A DNA stretch of 64,000 nt from Callorhinchus milii (Eukaryota): the NCBI RefSeq assembly GCF_018977255.1, contig NW_024704778.1:1-64000 (forward strand), written 5' to 3'. The translations under genes were made by a program, and so were the position numbers. Below are positions 24,890 to 37,088 of this stretch, in pieces; positions within the stretch are counted from its first letter, which is position 1, and each line of letters starts with the position of its first letter. The notes under the pieces were generated by a model. That model did no database searches, had not been told where the DNA came from, and saw only the letters and a list, made by a program, of their open reading frames with translations.

Positions 24890-25006
24890 CTGCGTTGACA
24901 ATGGCATCAATTTCCAGTTTGGTGATGTCCCCCTGAAAGAGCGAGACCTTCCCATTCAGAATATCGTCCTTCTTGTACTTGGACTCTGGGTTTTTAAGCT
25001 TTTCCA
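24890..25006 (-). CDS. MACROD1: MACROD1 exon, duplicate copy in segment B'
   Basis: Reverse complement of the exon at 39665-39781; probably an assembly duplicate. Confidence 0.6.
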
Positions 25007-27580
25007 CTGGGAAACAAAATGGGAGCAAGTTAAAGAGAGGGGGAGACAACCACATAAATTGTGACTGGGCTTTCAACCACTTTTTCAGCAATGATTATGG
25101 CTATAAATGTCATGTTCACAGATTACCAACCTCCTATATCTGGCACTGAAGCTTGGCAGTGTGTCCTGGCAGACCATCTAATTATTGGATTGGGATATCA
25201 TATTTTCAAGGATCGTCAACAATCAAAATCCCAACCGTCTTAATTAGAAATTTGGACTCAAAATCGTTGTGCCTGTTAATTGAGACAGATTTCACCAATT
25301 ATAATAATAATAATCCTTGTATTTGATATAGGGCCTTATTGCGACGTCTAAAAGCGCTTCACGGAATCTCCCACAGAGATTAATTTGGATAGCTCTTTTA
25401 AAGAGCCGGCATGGACACAATGGGCTGAAGTGTCCTCCTCCTGTGCTGTCTAATTCTATGATTCTAATATGCTGTAAAGTGTAGTGACTGTATATTTTGC
25501 GTAGAAAAGCAGCAGTCAATTATTGTTATCAATTATTATCACCTCGTAAAATAGCAAATCAGATTTGAAAGATGCAGCAAATGGAATATGAAATGCCCTA
25601 AGCAATTTTGTCGATGGTATATTAATTTATAAGTGAAATGCTTCCTGCTGTGCAAACATTGATTATTAGAAAGCGATACAAATAATTCTACAAGTTTAAG
25701 AGGAAACTGCTCTTCTTCTCTGTTTCGTTAAGTGCAGTTTAATACAATTACAAATCACTTTGCAGGCATTTATGTGAAACCCTCTCTGCCAAGAACAAAA
25801 ATCCACATCATAATGAATTTGTAAGTTTTAAAAGGCGGTTGTCCAATCTGAATTTAATCATTGGTAATTTAACAAAATTACTAATTGCTTCCCTAATAGT
25901 TAAACGAACCATGTTACTTTCTAGTATTGTTTATCCTACATGTTGAATGCTCTTTCTCTCCGCTTTCCTCCCACGCTTGTGAACTGAGGTGTCAAAAGGA
26001 GAGCGAAGTAGAGGCACTCTCAACACAGAAGCGAATCTTGCAGAATGCAGATTTGATAGTAACAATAGTCCTTGTGTTTGACATAGCGCCTTATCACGTC
26101 TCCGAGACCTCTCAAAGCGCATCACAGAATACACTGTAAAGTGGAGTGACTGTATCTTTTGTGGACAAAACGCAGCAGCTAATTGCACACAGTAGTGTAC
26201 CACAAAATGTCGTGGATTGAGTGACCAAACTATTGTTATTATTATTTTTTTGAAGGCATTATTACCCCCGGAAAAGTGATCCGCTAATCGACTAGCAAGC
26301 GGGTCCCTACTTACTGTTAGGTAAAAGACGCATGTATGTGGAGTAAGAAAACTTGCCTAAACTTTAAATCTGCCTAAGGTTCCAGCAGAGGGCTTGAACC
26401 CAGAGCCTTCCAGAAACGAGAGTGAGCCAAGCTGTCACAAAACTGTAATGATTAGATGCCATTAGACCCGGGCTATAAAATTAACACGTGTAAATCTATT
26501 TTCAATATAAATGGAAATGTACTCTTCCAGGCACAAGGCAATGCACATTAAAACCAGAGCAATATAAACGCTCAGTACATATTCATTACCTCGTTATTAC
26601 ACACAGCGTCCTCTTCTCACTAACTCATTTTTGAAATATTGCACCGCAAATGTCAGAACCACGAAGGAGGCGAAATAAAATCACTGAAAATATTATCAGG
26701 AAGCAGCATCTCATAGCTGGTTTTGGATTGACATTGATTTATAATAAATAATTGTAATCCTTGCGTTTGATACAGCTCCTTATTACGTCGTAGAGACATC
26801 TCAAAGCACCTCACAGAATATACTGTATCGTGCAGTGTGTAATTTGTGGGCGAAACACGCCAGCCAATTGCACACAGCAGTGTCCCACAAACAGTCGTGG
26901 ATTGAGTGACCAAATCATTATTAATTTTATTTTATTTATTTTTTGGAGGGATCATTACTTTATATGATTTTTTATATTAATTAGTACTTAATATTATTTT
27001 TTTGTGGGCGAAATACAGCAGTCAATTGTGCATAGCAGTATACCACAAACAGTTATGGATCGAGTGATCAAACTTTATCCCTCTTGGAGGGATTCTTACT
27101 TGATTTTTTAAAATATTATTAACAATAGTTATACTTTACACTATTTTAAAATAATTAATGATTCCTTTGTACTACATTTTATATCGTTAATTATTGCTCT
27201 ATATATTATGTTATGTTATTAATTATTACTTGATATTGTTTTGCTATATTAATACAAAAACGAGAAAAGCCAACATAGCAACGATCATTGTGGTCGCGTT
27301 GCTAAGGAAGCAGCAACCAAAAAGGGATTGGTGAAACCAAATGCTAATCAAACAAAACACAGAGCCTTTTCCTGTCATGTGAAAAGCACTTACAGAAAAA
27401 GGAAGCGACTGCTGGGGAGTCTGTGTGTGCAACATCAGGTAATTAAACACAAGCTGTGTATACTTATGGGATTTGTTTTTTGTTTAAAGGCGTATAAGAA
27501 CTTGTAAGTTTGGGACCCGTTTTTATCGGATGGTTTTATTTTCAGGCTAGGAAAATAGTCTGGCAGCAAGATAAACATTG

Positions 27581-28147
27581 ATGGAAGACTTGGAGCCTGC
27601 CTCTGCCTTTGACAAGGATCCATTCGAGCTAACGGCAGAAGATGTCTACGATATATCTTATGTCATTGGCCGCGAGTTAATGAAAGTCAGCAGCCCCGTG
27701 GGCTGCCCTGGAGTCTCCGAGCTGCAGTATAAGATCATCCGCGTTTTGGAAATGTTCGAGTCCCTGGTGAACAAGCACAATTTGACGGTGGAGGAGTTGA
27801 AAATGGAGCAAGCAAACCTGAAGGCTGAGACGGAGAGGCTTCACAGAGAACTGCAGAAGGCAAGCAGCGAGACACGGCAACCAGAGGATAAAGCTTCGGT
27901 GGATCTCGCAGACCCAAATCGCCCACGGTTCACGTTAGGGGAGCTCAGGGAGGTGTTGCAAGAACGCAATGAGCTGAAGGCCAAATTACTTGTTGTTCAA
28001 GAAGAGCTGCAGTATTACAAGAATAGCTTAGTCTCTTCCAAGGAAGCCAGTGTCATCGAGAGGGAAAATGCATCGACTGCAAGTCGGGGCAGTGAGCAAA
28101 CTATGATTAAGAAACTCTTTAATTTCAAACGGCGAAACAATCCATAA
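27581..28147 (+). CDS. RILPL2: RILP-like protein 2, intronless ORF (188 aa), copy in segment B'
   Basis: RH1 region PFELTAEDVYDISYVIGRELM...LQYKIIRVLEMFESLV, RH2 VDLADPNRPRFTLGELREVLQERNELKAKLLVVQEELQYYK, C-terminal IKKLF; ATG at 27581; AATAAA at 28314-28319. Confidence 0.85.
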   Translation: MEDLEPASAFDKDPFELTAEDVYDISYVIGRELMKVSSPVGCPGVSELQYKIIRVLEMFESLVNKHNLTVEELKMEQANLKAETERLHRELQKASSETRQPEDKASVDLADPNRPRFTLGELREVLQERNELKAKLLVVQEELQYYKNSLVSSKEASVIERENASTASRGSEQTMIKKLFNFKRRNNP

Positions 28148-28386
28148 AACGCGCAGATAAGACTCTTACAAAGCTGCAAAACCTTTCCCGGGACATTAAT
28201 TAATATGCTCGACGGACCTTAACAAGGCTTTTACTCCTTCTTACTTTTATACAAGAAATGATTTCTGACCAAAAATAACTTTTTTTTTGAAAATTCTACT
28301 TCTCAGAAACAGAAATAAAAGAACTAATCCAAACTTCTTCGCACTTTTCATTAACCGGAAGGTTTCCTCGTGACAATACCAGAAGA

Positions 28387-28411
28387 NNNNNNNNNNNNNN
28401 NNNNNNNNNNN
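28387..28411. other. Assembly gap (25 N)
   Basis: Run of N exactly between duplicate segments B' and A'. Confidence 1.
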
Positions 28412-29785
28412 AACAAAGACCAGTGCCTTTCACGACAGGATGTCCCAATGTGCTGGACAGTGAGAGATCTGCACCCGAGCTGTGTTGGGATGGTGGGTGT
28501 TGGGATCAGGAAGGGGTGGAGGAGGGCAGGTAATCGAAGGCACGGTCGAAGCCAAGGGTCTTGAAGGAGGCGAGGGAGGGTGCGAGGCGGGGGGATTGTG
28601 GGATGGAGTTCCAGAGGGGCAGATTAGCAGCATTTGTGCAGAAACACGCTAGCAAATGGCAGCCGGCACTGCGTCAGACGGGGTAGATCTTGTCCACCCG
28701 AAGTCGGAGAAGTCTTTGAGGCTATGGCGCCGCACTGTGACTGCGGGAAGCCGCTTGACGTAGCTCGAGTCGTCTTCCAGAGGCCCTCTCGAGAAAGTAG
28801 CACATGAGAGACGTCTACAGAAGCATCCTGTGGTTAGTGCCAGTCCTGACCTCATTGTACGGATTGATGACTGCAATACACCGCAGCCCACAGGAACTGC
28901 CCTCACTTCACCCCGTTCTCCTCAAATGCCTGAAACGTCTTGCTGCTTCGATTCTCTTACCCCCTCCCTCGAGAACATGCTCACTCGTCTCCTTCTCTCG
29001 ACTGGTTAGCTCGATCTGATATGCCAGGAAGGAAGGAGATTTGCCCAACGTGTTGCCCTGCCCGCCCAGAAACCGAACCCAGTGAGTGCTCTAACCACTA
29101 AGCTACAGGACTTATAAAGTATGAAGCCAAAATAGTTTCACAGGCTACGTACAATTAGGTGGAAATGGGAACCTCAGGCCAGGAATACTGAAGCCAATGG
29201 TGGACTCCCAATTTCCTCTAGAATTCCCTTTGTAACTCCTTCATATCCAGACAACAATCCCCCGGATAAAATTGGACACTCACGTCATCGCTTGCGTTAC
29301 GATGATCATAATCCTTGCATTCGACACAGCGCCTGATCGCGTATTCGAGACGTCTCAAAGGGCTTCAGAGGTCATGCTGTGACATGCAGCGACTGTGTTT
29401 TGTGGGCGAAACGCGCAAATGGGATGTTGCCGGGCGCAAAGCGCCTTCAAGAACATCTCGGCGGTGTTATAGGGCACTGTATCAAATGCAAGGAGATCAG
29501 CGAACAACAAAATACAATACAAACCGACATCTGCATAGTGCCTTCCACGTCTGAAAAGACGTCCCAAGGATCTGTATTCGTCACTGAATCCTGCGCATTT
29601 CTTAATTTTTTTGTGTTTGTACCAACCTCCACTCCCCCCCACCACCCACCCCCGCCCCTCGCCCACCCGCTCTCTCTCTCTTGCCTCAGTCTGAAGTCTT
29701 TCTCTCTCTCGCTCATTCCTATCCGGTTGCCTTTCCTCCGCCTTTGCCTTCAGCTTCCCCACGAAGGTCAGAAGCTCTGTCTGAA

Positions 29786-29820
<35 letters not shown>

Positions 29821-30196
29821 GGAGTTTCTAGGATGGGAGAGAGAGGCACAAGAGAAATGAGGATTTTCTGATATTCCCACCCGTTGCTGCCCAAGTCCCT
29901 TTAGAAAGCCCACATCACTTGAAACAGAACGCACAAGGTAGCAGGGACGGAGTATATACTGGAGACTTTCTACTGGGTTAAGTTCTTGACCCGAACAAGA
30001 ACGCAGAGTGGGAAGGGACGAGTGGGAAGGAAGGAGCGGGATGGGTGAAACTGACCCACTATCAAATGAACAGGAGCCTTATACATTTCTCTTTGCCTGG
30101 GGAGAACCCCATTGAGGAAAATAAAAGCCATAGGAATAGAATTCAATAAATTGCACAGTGTTTAGCCCATCGAGGCGATCGTCTCATTTCGATTTG
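28412..30196 (-). repeat. Segment A' (inverted copy of 15819-17596)
   Basis: Direct sequence match in reverse complement. Confidence 0.95.
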
Positions 30197-31108
30197 TGTA
30201 ATCAATCCCATCAGTGAAGCAAATGCAACAGCAGCAGCAACAACAACATGACCTTTATAGAGCGCCTTTCGGGTCGGGAGGACATCCCAAGGCCCTGGAC
30301 AGTCCGGGGGTCGGGGCCCGAGCGTGGGGGGAAGGGAGGGAAGGCGGAGAGGTGGGAGGGGGACCGAAGGCACGGTCGAAGAGGTGGATCTTAAGACCGG
30401 CCTTGAAGGAGGTGAGGGAGGAAGCGAAGCCAAGGGACCGTGGGGTGGAGTTCCAGAGTGTGGGGGCAGAGAGGCTGAAAGCCCGGCCACCGATGGGAGG
30501 GGGGGTCGGGCGGGAGACATGGAGCAGGCCAGAGCCCGCTGAACGGAGGGAGCATATTTACATAAAATATATATATATAAAAATACACTATATATATATA
30601 AAACGCACACAGGCTTTTTCTCTATCACTGAGTCATGTCAGAGGTTTGTTTTTCACAGTTAACTCTTCCCAAAGACTTTGTAGGTAATCTCTTCATTTTG
30701 TGTAGCTCAGGGGTTAGACCCCTCGCCTCGCAAGCGAGCGATTCCCCCGCCGGGCAGGATCAGGGCGAAACATTGGGCAAGTTTCCTGACACCCCGCGCG
30801 CACACACACACACACGTACCTTTGTTTACCTAGCAGTAAGTAGTCAATCGGTGGATCGCTTTCCGGGGGTAATAATCCCTCCAAAAAAAACATTTGGTCA
30901 CTCAATCCACGACTGTCTGTGGGGGAACGTCGCTAGGCACGATTGGCTGCCGCGTTTCGCCCACAAAGTATACAGTCACTGCACTTTACGGTGAATCCCG
31001 TGAAGCGCTTTAAGACGTGATGAGGCGCCGGGTAAACACAAGGATTATTATGATGATGAAGGTGTTTTTTCTGGGAGGTGTGGTGGTGGTGGGGGGGAGT
31101 TTGAGTGA

Positions 31109-34100
31109 TTATATAAAGATGTTCTGACATTTCTCCTTGCCGAAGTTCAGTTTGATCTCCTCCTGGTAGATCGGTGGTAAGTTGGTGCAGGTCATGGCTT
31201 CTGTCACGGCGTCCAGGTGCTCCTGAATGACCCTGTTGTCCCAGTTGGAGTAGGCGGCGGTGGGGGCTTTGCCCAGCGATGGGGGGGTGTAGGTGGCTGT
31301 CGGGTAGTAACCATCTTGCGATCTGTGCTGCCAGTCGTCTTGCTGCCTGTGGATCTTCATGTGAGCATTCCGACTCTTGATCTTGTAGAACATCCTGTGT
31401 TGTGGGGGTGGCGGGGGAGGTTGAGGAAGGAAGAAAGTAATCAAGATTCTCTCTCTCTCTTGTCTACAAATCCCTTCACGCCCTGGCACAGCCCTCCATC
31501 TCCGACTTGCTTACTCCCCACTACCTTCGCTTGTCCCTCGCCCCCCCTCCGCTCCACTACGCCCCAAAGCTTCGGAACTCTTGCCCTCAATCCCTCCACT
31601 TTCCTCCCTCCTTCCCATCCCATTAGATCACGACTGAAGCCCTCCCCCCTTGGACCGTGCTCACGGTCACCCTCTCACTCCCTGCCCCCGGCTCAGCCCA
31701 TGCCGAGTGACGTGAGGGATACTTACTTTCCGCACTGTTTGCAGGGGAAGTTGCCAATAACCGTGGGGCACGGGCTCTGTCGTTCTCTGTGGATGGGCTC
31801 CAGCGACTGTGACCGTAACGGAGGCTATTCCAGAAGCAAGAGAAGGTGGGGAGGAAGGGAAAGAATGTCACTTCACCAAACTGATCGATGCCAACGGCCT
31901 CTCACTCGTTTTCAGATCCCTTCATGTCCCGCCACTTCCCTCCTCCCTCCCTCCCCACTTTCAAATCCCACCTAAAGACCTTCCTTTTTGATCGTGCTTA
32001 CGGTCACCTCCCCACTCCCTCCCTTTCCTCCCCCCGCGCCCCCTCGGCTTGGTATCCGACTCCGCCACTGTCAAGCACTCCGGGAAACACTACCCCACGT
32101 GAAGGGCGCTGTGTAAAATGCTGCCTTGCCCAGCCTGACCTCATTGACGCTGTCTTGTCGGAACACTTGGCCACAATCCTCCTCCGCGTCCAAGGGCCTG
32201 AGTCTTGGCTTCTTGTTGAACTTGAGGATCTTCTTGAAGCTGTAATAGTACTCCACGCACTCCGCGATTGGCTTGGACTTTACCTGGAACAGGCGGAGCG
32301 GGGGGGTGGGGGGGGTAAAGGACATAAGAACTTGCTCGGCAAACGAAGCCCAAGGTCCACCCAGTTCGCCTTCCCACCATCCTGGCAGTCGTTTAACATG
32401 TGTCCCCAAACTCTACGCTGTATCTCTGCCCCCGGATATTATTTTCCAGTAGAAATCGATCTTGTTTGTTTTTGGAACTTTTTCTGTCTCCCTCAGGAGC
32501 CATACATTTACCACTCGCTCACCGAATTAGTGCGTCTGCAGATTTTGTACTGAATTTTCTCCCCCTTCGATCAACCCCAGGCCACGTCCTCTAGTTCTAC
32601 TGTTCAGCACGAAGACATTTACCGTTACTCCACAACCCACACACGCCTCTGTTTACCCAACAGTAAGCAGGAACCCGGTTGTTAGTCGATTGGCGGATCG
32701 CTTTTCTGGAGGTAAAAATCCCTTCCCCCCCCCACCAAAAAAAATAATAAATTGGTCACTCAATCCACGACTGTATTGGGCGCAATTGGCTGCCATGTTC
32801 GGGCCACAAAATATTCAGTCAATTCACTTCACAGTATGTCGTGTGAAGCGCTTTGAGAACGTCTCGAGGACACGATAAGGCGTGTTATCAAATGCGAGGA
32901 GTATTTCCACCGAATGCCTCGCCCCGTTACCATTTTCTGGATCGTGTAGAAGTCCTTCTTGTGCAGGCCGAAAGCTTTGTTGAAGGCTTTGCGTTCGTTG
33001 AAGGTCCAGGAGCAACTTCCTGACAAGAGCGGGAAAACAAGAACGAGGAAGAGAAAGTGGGTGAATGTCTCACGAACGGGTTCCCGTGGTCTCAGCTTTC
33101 AGACCAGGGCCTTAAAATTGCCGATGGTTTTGGACAGCTCCTGGACGTGGAAGCCGGATCACTCGGCTGCGTTTGCGAGTCAAGCTTGACTCCGGCTTGG
33201 ATTCCACGGAACATCCTTGCTCACCTACCTGTGTAATGGTAACTGGCCAAAGCCTCTGATCGGGCGGGGACCTTGGTGTTCAGTAGCAGTCTCTCCAACA
33301 CGGCCTGTGGGAATAGGAATCCGGTTACCGTCGTTCTAAAGGGAATTTTTACCTCGCCGGGTTAAATTGGTCGCTGACTTTCATGGCCATTTGTGGCACG
33401 TTGCTCTGTGTAATCGTTCGCCCACGAGAAATACACAGTCACTCCACTTTACCATCTATTCTGTGAAGCGCTTTGAGACGTCCAGAAGAAGTGATAAGGC
33501 GCTGTATCAAATGCAAGGAGTGTTAATCTCTTACGAGCCACGAGTTTCATGATCTTGAACACCTCTATCAGGTCCCCCTCTCGACACTGCGGAATCATCT
33601 CAACACTGATCTCAGTTCTACCCCCCGACCTGTCCTCCAGTCTTTGAAAAGCTTTGAGACTTCTGGAAGACGTGATAAGGCGCTATTTCAAATAGATCAA
33701 GGATTATTATTATTATTATTGTCCAAAAGTGGAAGCAGCCTATCAGGAAGCAATAATCCCTTCAAAAATAAATAATAATAATAATAATCTGGTCACTCAA
33801 CCCACGACTGTTTGTGGGGCGTCGCCGGGCGCGATTGGCTGCCACGTTCGCCCCCAAAACCCACAGTCACCACACTACAGTGTATCCTGGGAGGCGCTTT
33901 GAGGCGTCTCGAAGACACGATAAGGCACTGTGTCCAACGGAAGGATTATTTTTTTACTGTTGAAAAGGTGGGACTGGACCGTTTCAAGTAGCCGCCTCTC
34001 ACCATAATGTCAGCCCCCTCCTCGAAGAGACAGTGAAGAGCAAACTCTCGGTTGGTTCCTCCTCCTGGCAGCACACTGGAACACGCCATGTTCAACATGT

Positions 34101-35946
34101 CCTCCACTGTTAGGGTAACACAGAGTTGATGTTAATCTCAAAGGAGACTGCGCTGAAATGTTGTGACTACATCAAACTATGTATAGTTATTGGATTCCCG
34201 GTTGTCCTCTCAAGCAGGAGAGATAATCTTACCCTTCTGTTGCGTGTCTGGGTTGTCTATTAATCCTTTCCAGGGTCTCCAGACGAGGTCTGCAGTGTGC
34301 TTGTCCTGATCCGCCAAGGACGCCTCCATTAGGTCAGGCAACGTGGCCTGGAACTGATGGCCAACGTTTATGCAGCTGGAGAGATGAACACAAGTCTTAC
34401 AGCAGCGACTGGAGTCTCCAAATCATGCCCAGCCCTCAGCTACCTTGTCTCACCCACATTCCCACATCATCAACCTGATCGCTCCCTCTGCTCCCTCCAC
34501 GTCCCCCTGCCCTGTCCATCCCGGCCCACCACGGGCGATCGAGCCTTCAGCCTCGCTGCCCCCACCCTTCGGAAGTCCGTCCCACATTCCCTTCGCCTCT
34601 CTCGCTCGCCTGCCTCCTTCAAGGCACATCTCGAGACTCTCCTCTTCGACCGTGCCTTCGGTCACCCTCTTACCCCCGACCCTCCCGATCCCATCTCTTG
34701 AGGTGTCTGAATTTCTGATACTTACGGAGTCCAGCTTTCCACCTGCGTTGAGTTCTCCTGGTGAATTAAATCCAGTCCATCTGTGAAAGAGAACAGAGTG
34801 AATAACACACAGCCACATCGATAAGAACTGTGTAGATTTATTTACACAGGAAGTTCAATTCCTGGGTGGGTCGGGGCAACACCTTATGCAAGTTTCCTCA
34901 CTCAACACACACACACACGTACACACACACACACGCCTCTGTTTACCCAGCGGTAAGTAGGAACCCACTCGATGGTCGATTGGTGGATCGCTTTCCCGGG
35001 GGGTAATAATCCCTCCAAAAAAAAATAATAATCGTTTGGTTACTCAGTCCACCACTGCTTGTGGGACATTGACTTGTGCGATCGGCTGTCGCATTTCGCC
35101 CACAAAATATACAGTCACTATGCTTTACAGTCCGTCCTGTGAAGCGCTCTGAGACGTGATAAGGCGCTGTATCAAATGCAAGGATTATTGTTGTTATAAG
35201 TGACCCTCGGCTTACTGAATAAACAGCGGGTCCTTACAGTCACACATACACAGTGACTCTCACCCTGTAGATAAACAACAACAACAAAACAACATTTATA
35301 GAGCGCTTTTCAGGTCGGGAGGACGTCCCAAGGAGTTGCAGTCGGGTCGGGGCCCGAGCGTGGGGAAGGGCCGGGGGTAGGGGTGAGGGAAGGGAGAGAG
35401 GTGGGAGGGAGACCGAAGGCACAGTCAAAGAGGAGGGTCTTGAGACCGGCCTTGAAGGAGGTGAGGGAGGAAGCGAGGCCAAGGGACCGTGGGGTGGAGT
35501 TCCAGAGTGTGGGGGCAGAGAGGCTGAAAGCTCGGCCACCGATGGGGGGGGGTCGAGTGGGAGACGGAGCGGGCAGGTTGGTTGGTAGGGAGTCAGCGGG
35601 TCAGAGAGGGTAGGAGGGGGCAAGGCCATGGATGGGCTTGAAAGCGAGGACGAGGATCTTGAATCTTGAACAGTCACTACACACACACACACACACAGCG
35701 ACTGCCCCTCACCCTCTGATACCTACTGTATTGGTTGCACGCGAAGGGAGAGCCCACCGACTCGGAGCTGTGCTCAGCGAGGTTGGTGAAGAGGCCGGAG
35801 CCCTTGCGGGCCGGGTTCAGCATCGGCAGCGGGGTGTAGTGGGGGGCGCCCGCCGAGGGGCTGGCGGGCGCCCGCTTCCCCTCCGCGTGGAGCCGGCTGG
35901 GGTACACGCTGGCACAGTGGTAGGGCGGGGGGGCTGCCCCGCAGCT
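31109..35946 (-). CDS. ELM2-SANT-C2H2 transcriptional regulator of the TRERF1/ZNF541/MIDEAS family, 3' nine exons (404 aa, 5' end absent)
   Basis: Exons 35946-35727, 34780-34726, 34375-34233, 34106-34003, 33304-33229, 33019-32931, 32283-32140, 31824-31727 and 31394-31109 are all GT-AG and in frame (1215 nt). Motifs: [17 protein letters not shown]; ELM2 [16 protein letters not shown]...LVWRPW...[20 protein letters not shown]; [52 protein letters not shown]; zinc finger [23 protein letters not shown]. Confidence 0.92.
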
Positions 35947-36521
35947 CTGCAACAGAAGGTTAATGATGATGATAATGATAAATAATAATCCTTGCCTTTG
36001 AAACCCGGCGCCGTGCCGCGACTCGAAGCGACGTGAAAGGCGCCTCGTGAACACCGCTTCGTGTGGTGGAGTGACCGTGTTTCGCCCGCGAGCCGATTGC
36101 GCGCAGCGGCGTTCCCCGCAAACAGCCGCGGATTGAGCCGGGTGGGGGGGGTGGTGTGGGAGGGCGACCGAAGGCGGGGTCGGTCAAAGAGGAGGGTCTC
36201 GAGACGAGACTCGAGGGAGGGAGTTCCAAAAGTGGGGGGGGGATGGGGGCAGAGAGGCTGAATTATCAGTCAACACACTCGCTCTTCTGGTATTGTCACG
36301 AGGAAACCTTCCGGTTAATGAAAAGTGCGAAGAAGTTTGGATTAGTTCTTTTATTTCTGTTTCTGAGAAGTAGAATTTTCAAAAAAAAAGTTATTTTTGG
36401 TCAGAAATCATTTCTTGTATAAAAGTAAGAAGGAGTAAAAGCCTTGTTAAGGTCCGTCGAGCATATTAATTAATGTCCCGGGAAAGGTTTTGCAGCTTTG
36501 TAAGAGTCTTATCTGCGCGTT

Positions 36522-37088
36522 TTATGGATTGTTTCGCCGTTTGAAATTAAAGAGTTTCTTAATCATAGTTTGCTCACTGCCCCGACTTGCAGTCGATGCA
36601 TTTTCCCTCTCGATGACACTGGCTTCCTTGGAAGAGACTAAGCTATTCTTGTAATACTGCAGCTCTTCTTGAACAACAAGTAATTTGGCCTTCAGCTCAT
36701 TGCGTTCTTGCAACACCTCCCTGAGCTCCCCTAACGTGAACCGTGGGCGATTTGGGTCTGCGAGATCCACCGAAGCTTTATCCTCTGGTTGCCGTGTCTC
36801 GCTGCTTGCCTTCTGCAGTTCTCTGTGAAGCCTCTCCGTCTCAGCCTTCAGGTTTGCTTGCTCCATTTTCAACTCCTCCACCGTCAAATTGTGCTTGTTC
36901 ACCAGGGACTCGAACATTTCCAAAACGCGGATGATCTTATACTGCAGCTCGGAGACTCCAGGGCAGCCCACGGGGCTGCTGACTTTCATTAACTCGCGGC
37001 CAATGACATAAGATATATCGTAGACATCTTCTGCCGTTAGCTCGAATGGATCCTTGTCAAAGGCAGAGGCAGGCTCCAAGTCTTCCAT
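36522..37088 (-). CDS. RILPL2: RILP-like protein 2, intronless ORF (188 aa), nested antisense in a MACROD1 intron
   Basis: Same protein as 27581-28147; uninterrupted RH1+RH2 ORF; splice acceptor (ttttattttcag) at 37125-37124, 35 nt before the ATG. Confidence 0.88.
   Translation of the reverse strand: MEDLEPASAFDKDPFELTAEDVYDISYVIGRELMKVSSPVGCPGVSELQYKIIRVLEMFESLVNKHNLTVEELKMEQANLKAETERLHRELQKASSETRQPEDKASVDLADPNRPRFTLGELREVLQERNELKAKLLVVQEELQYYKNSLVSSKEASVIERENASTASRGSEQTMIKKLFNFKRRNNP

Larger units (their letters stand above)
19193..28386 (-). repeat. Segment B' of 9.2-kb inverted duplication (partner 36283-45503)
   Basis: Near-identical reverse complement; ORF track mirrors (e.g. 27578-28147+ vs 36522-37091-; 24819-25091- vs 39580-39852+). 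Confidence 0.95.

Noticed and set aside
31217-32553. 252-aa and 221-aa plus-strand ORFs
   Set aside because: Antisense to ELM2-SANT exons plus L2 fragments; no coherent protein.
27581-37088. Two independent RILPL2 genes
   Set aside because: Identical proteins inside a near-identical inverted block ending at a gap; treated as one locus until read depth shows otherwise.
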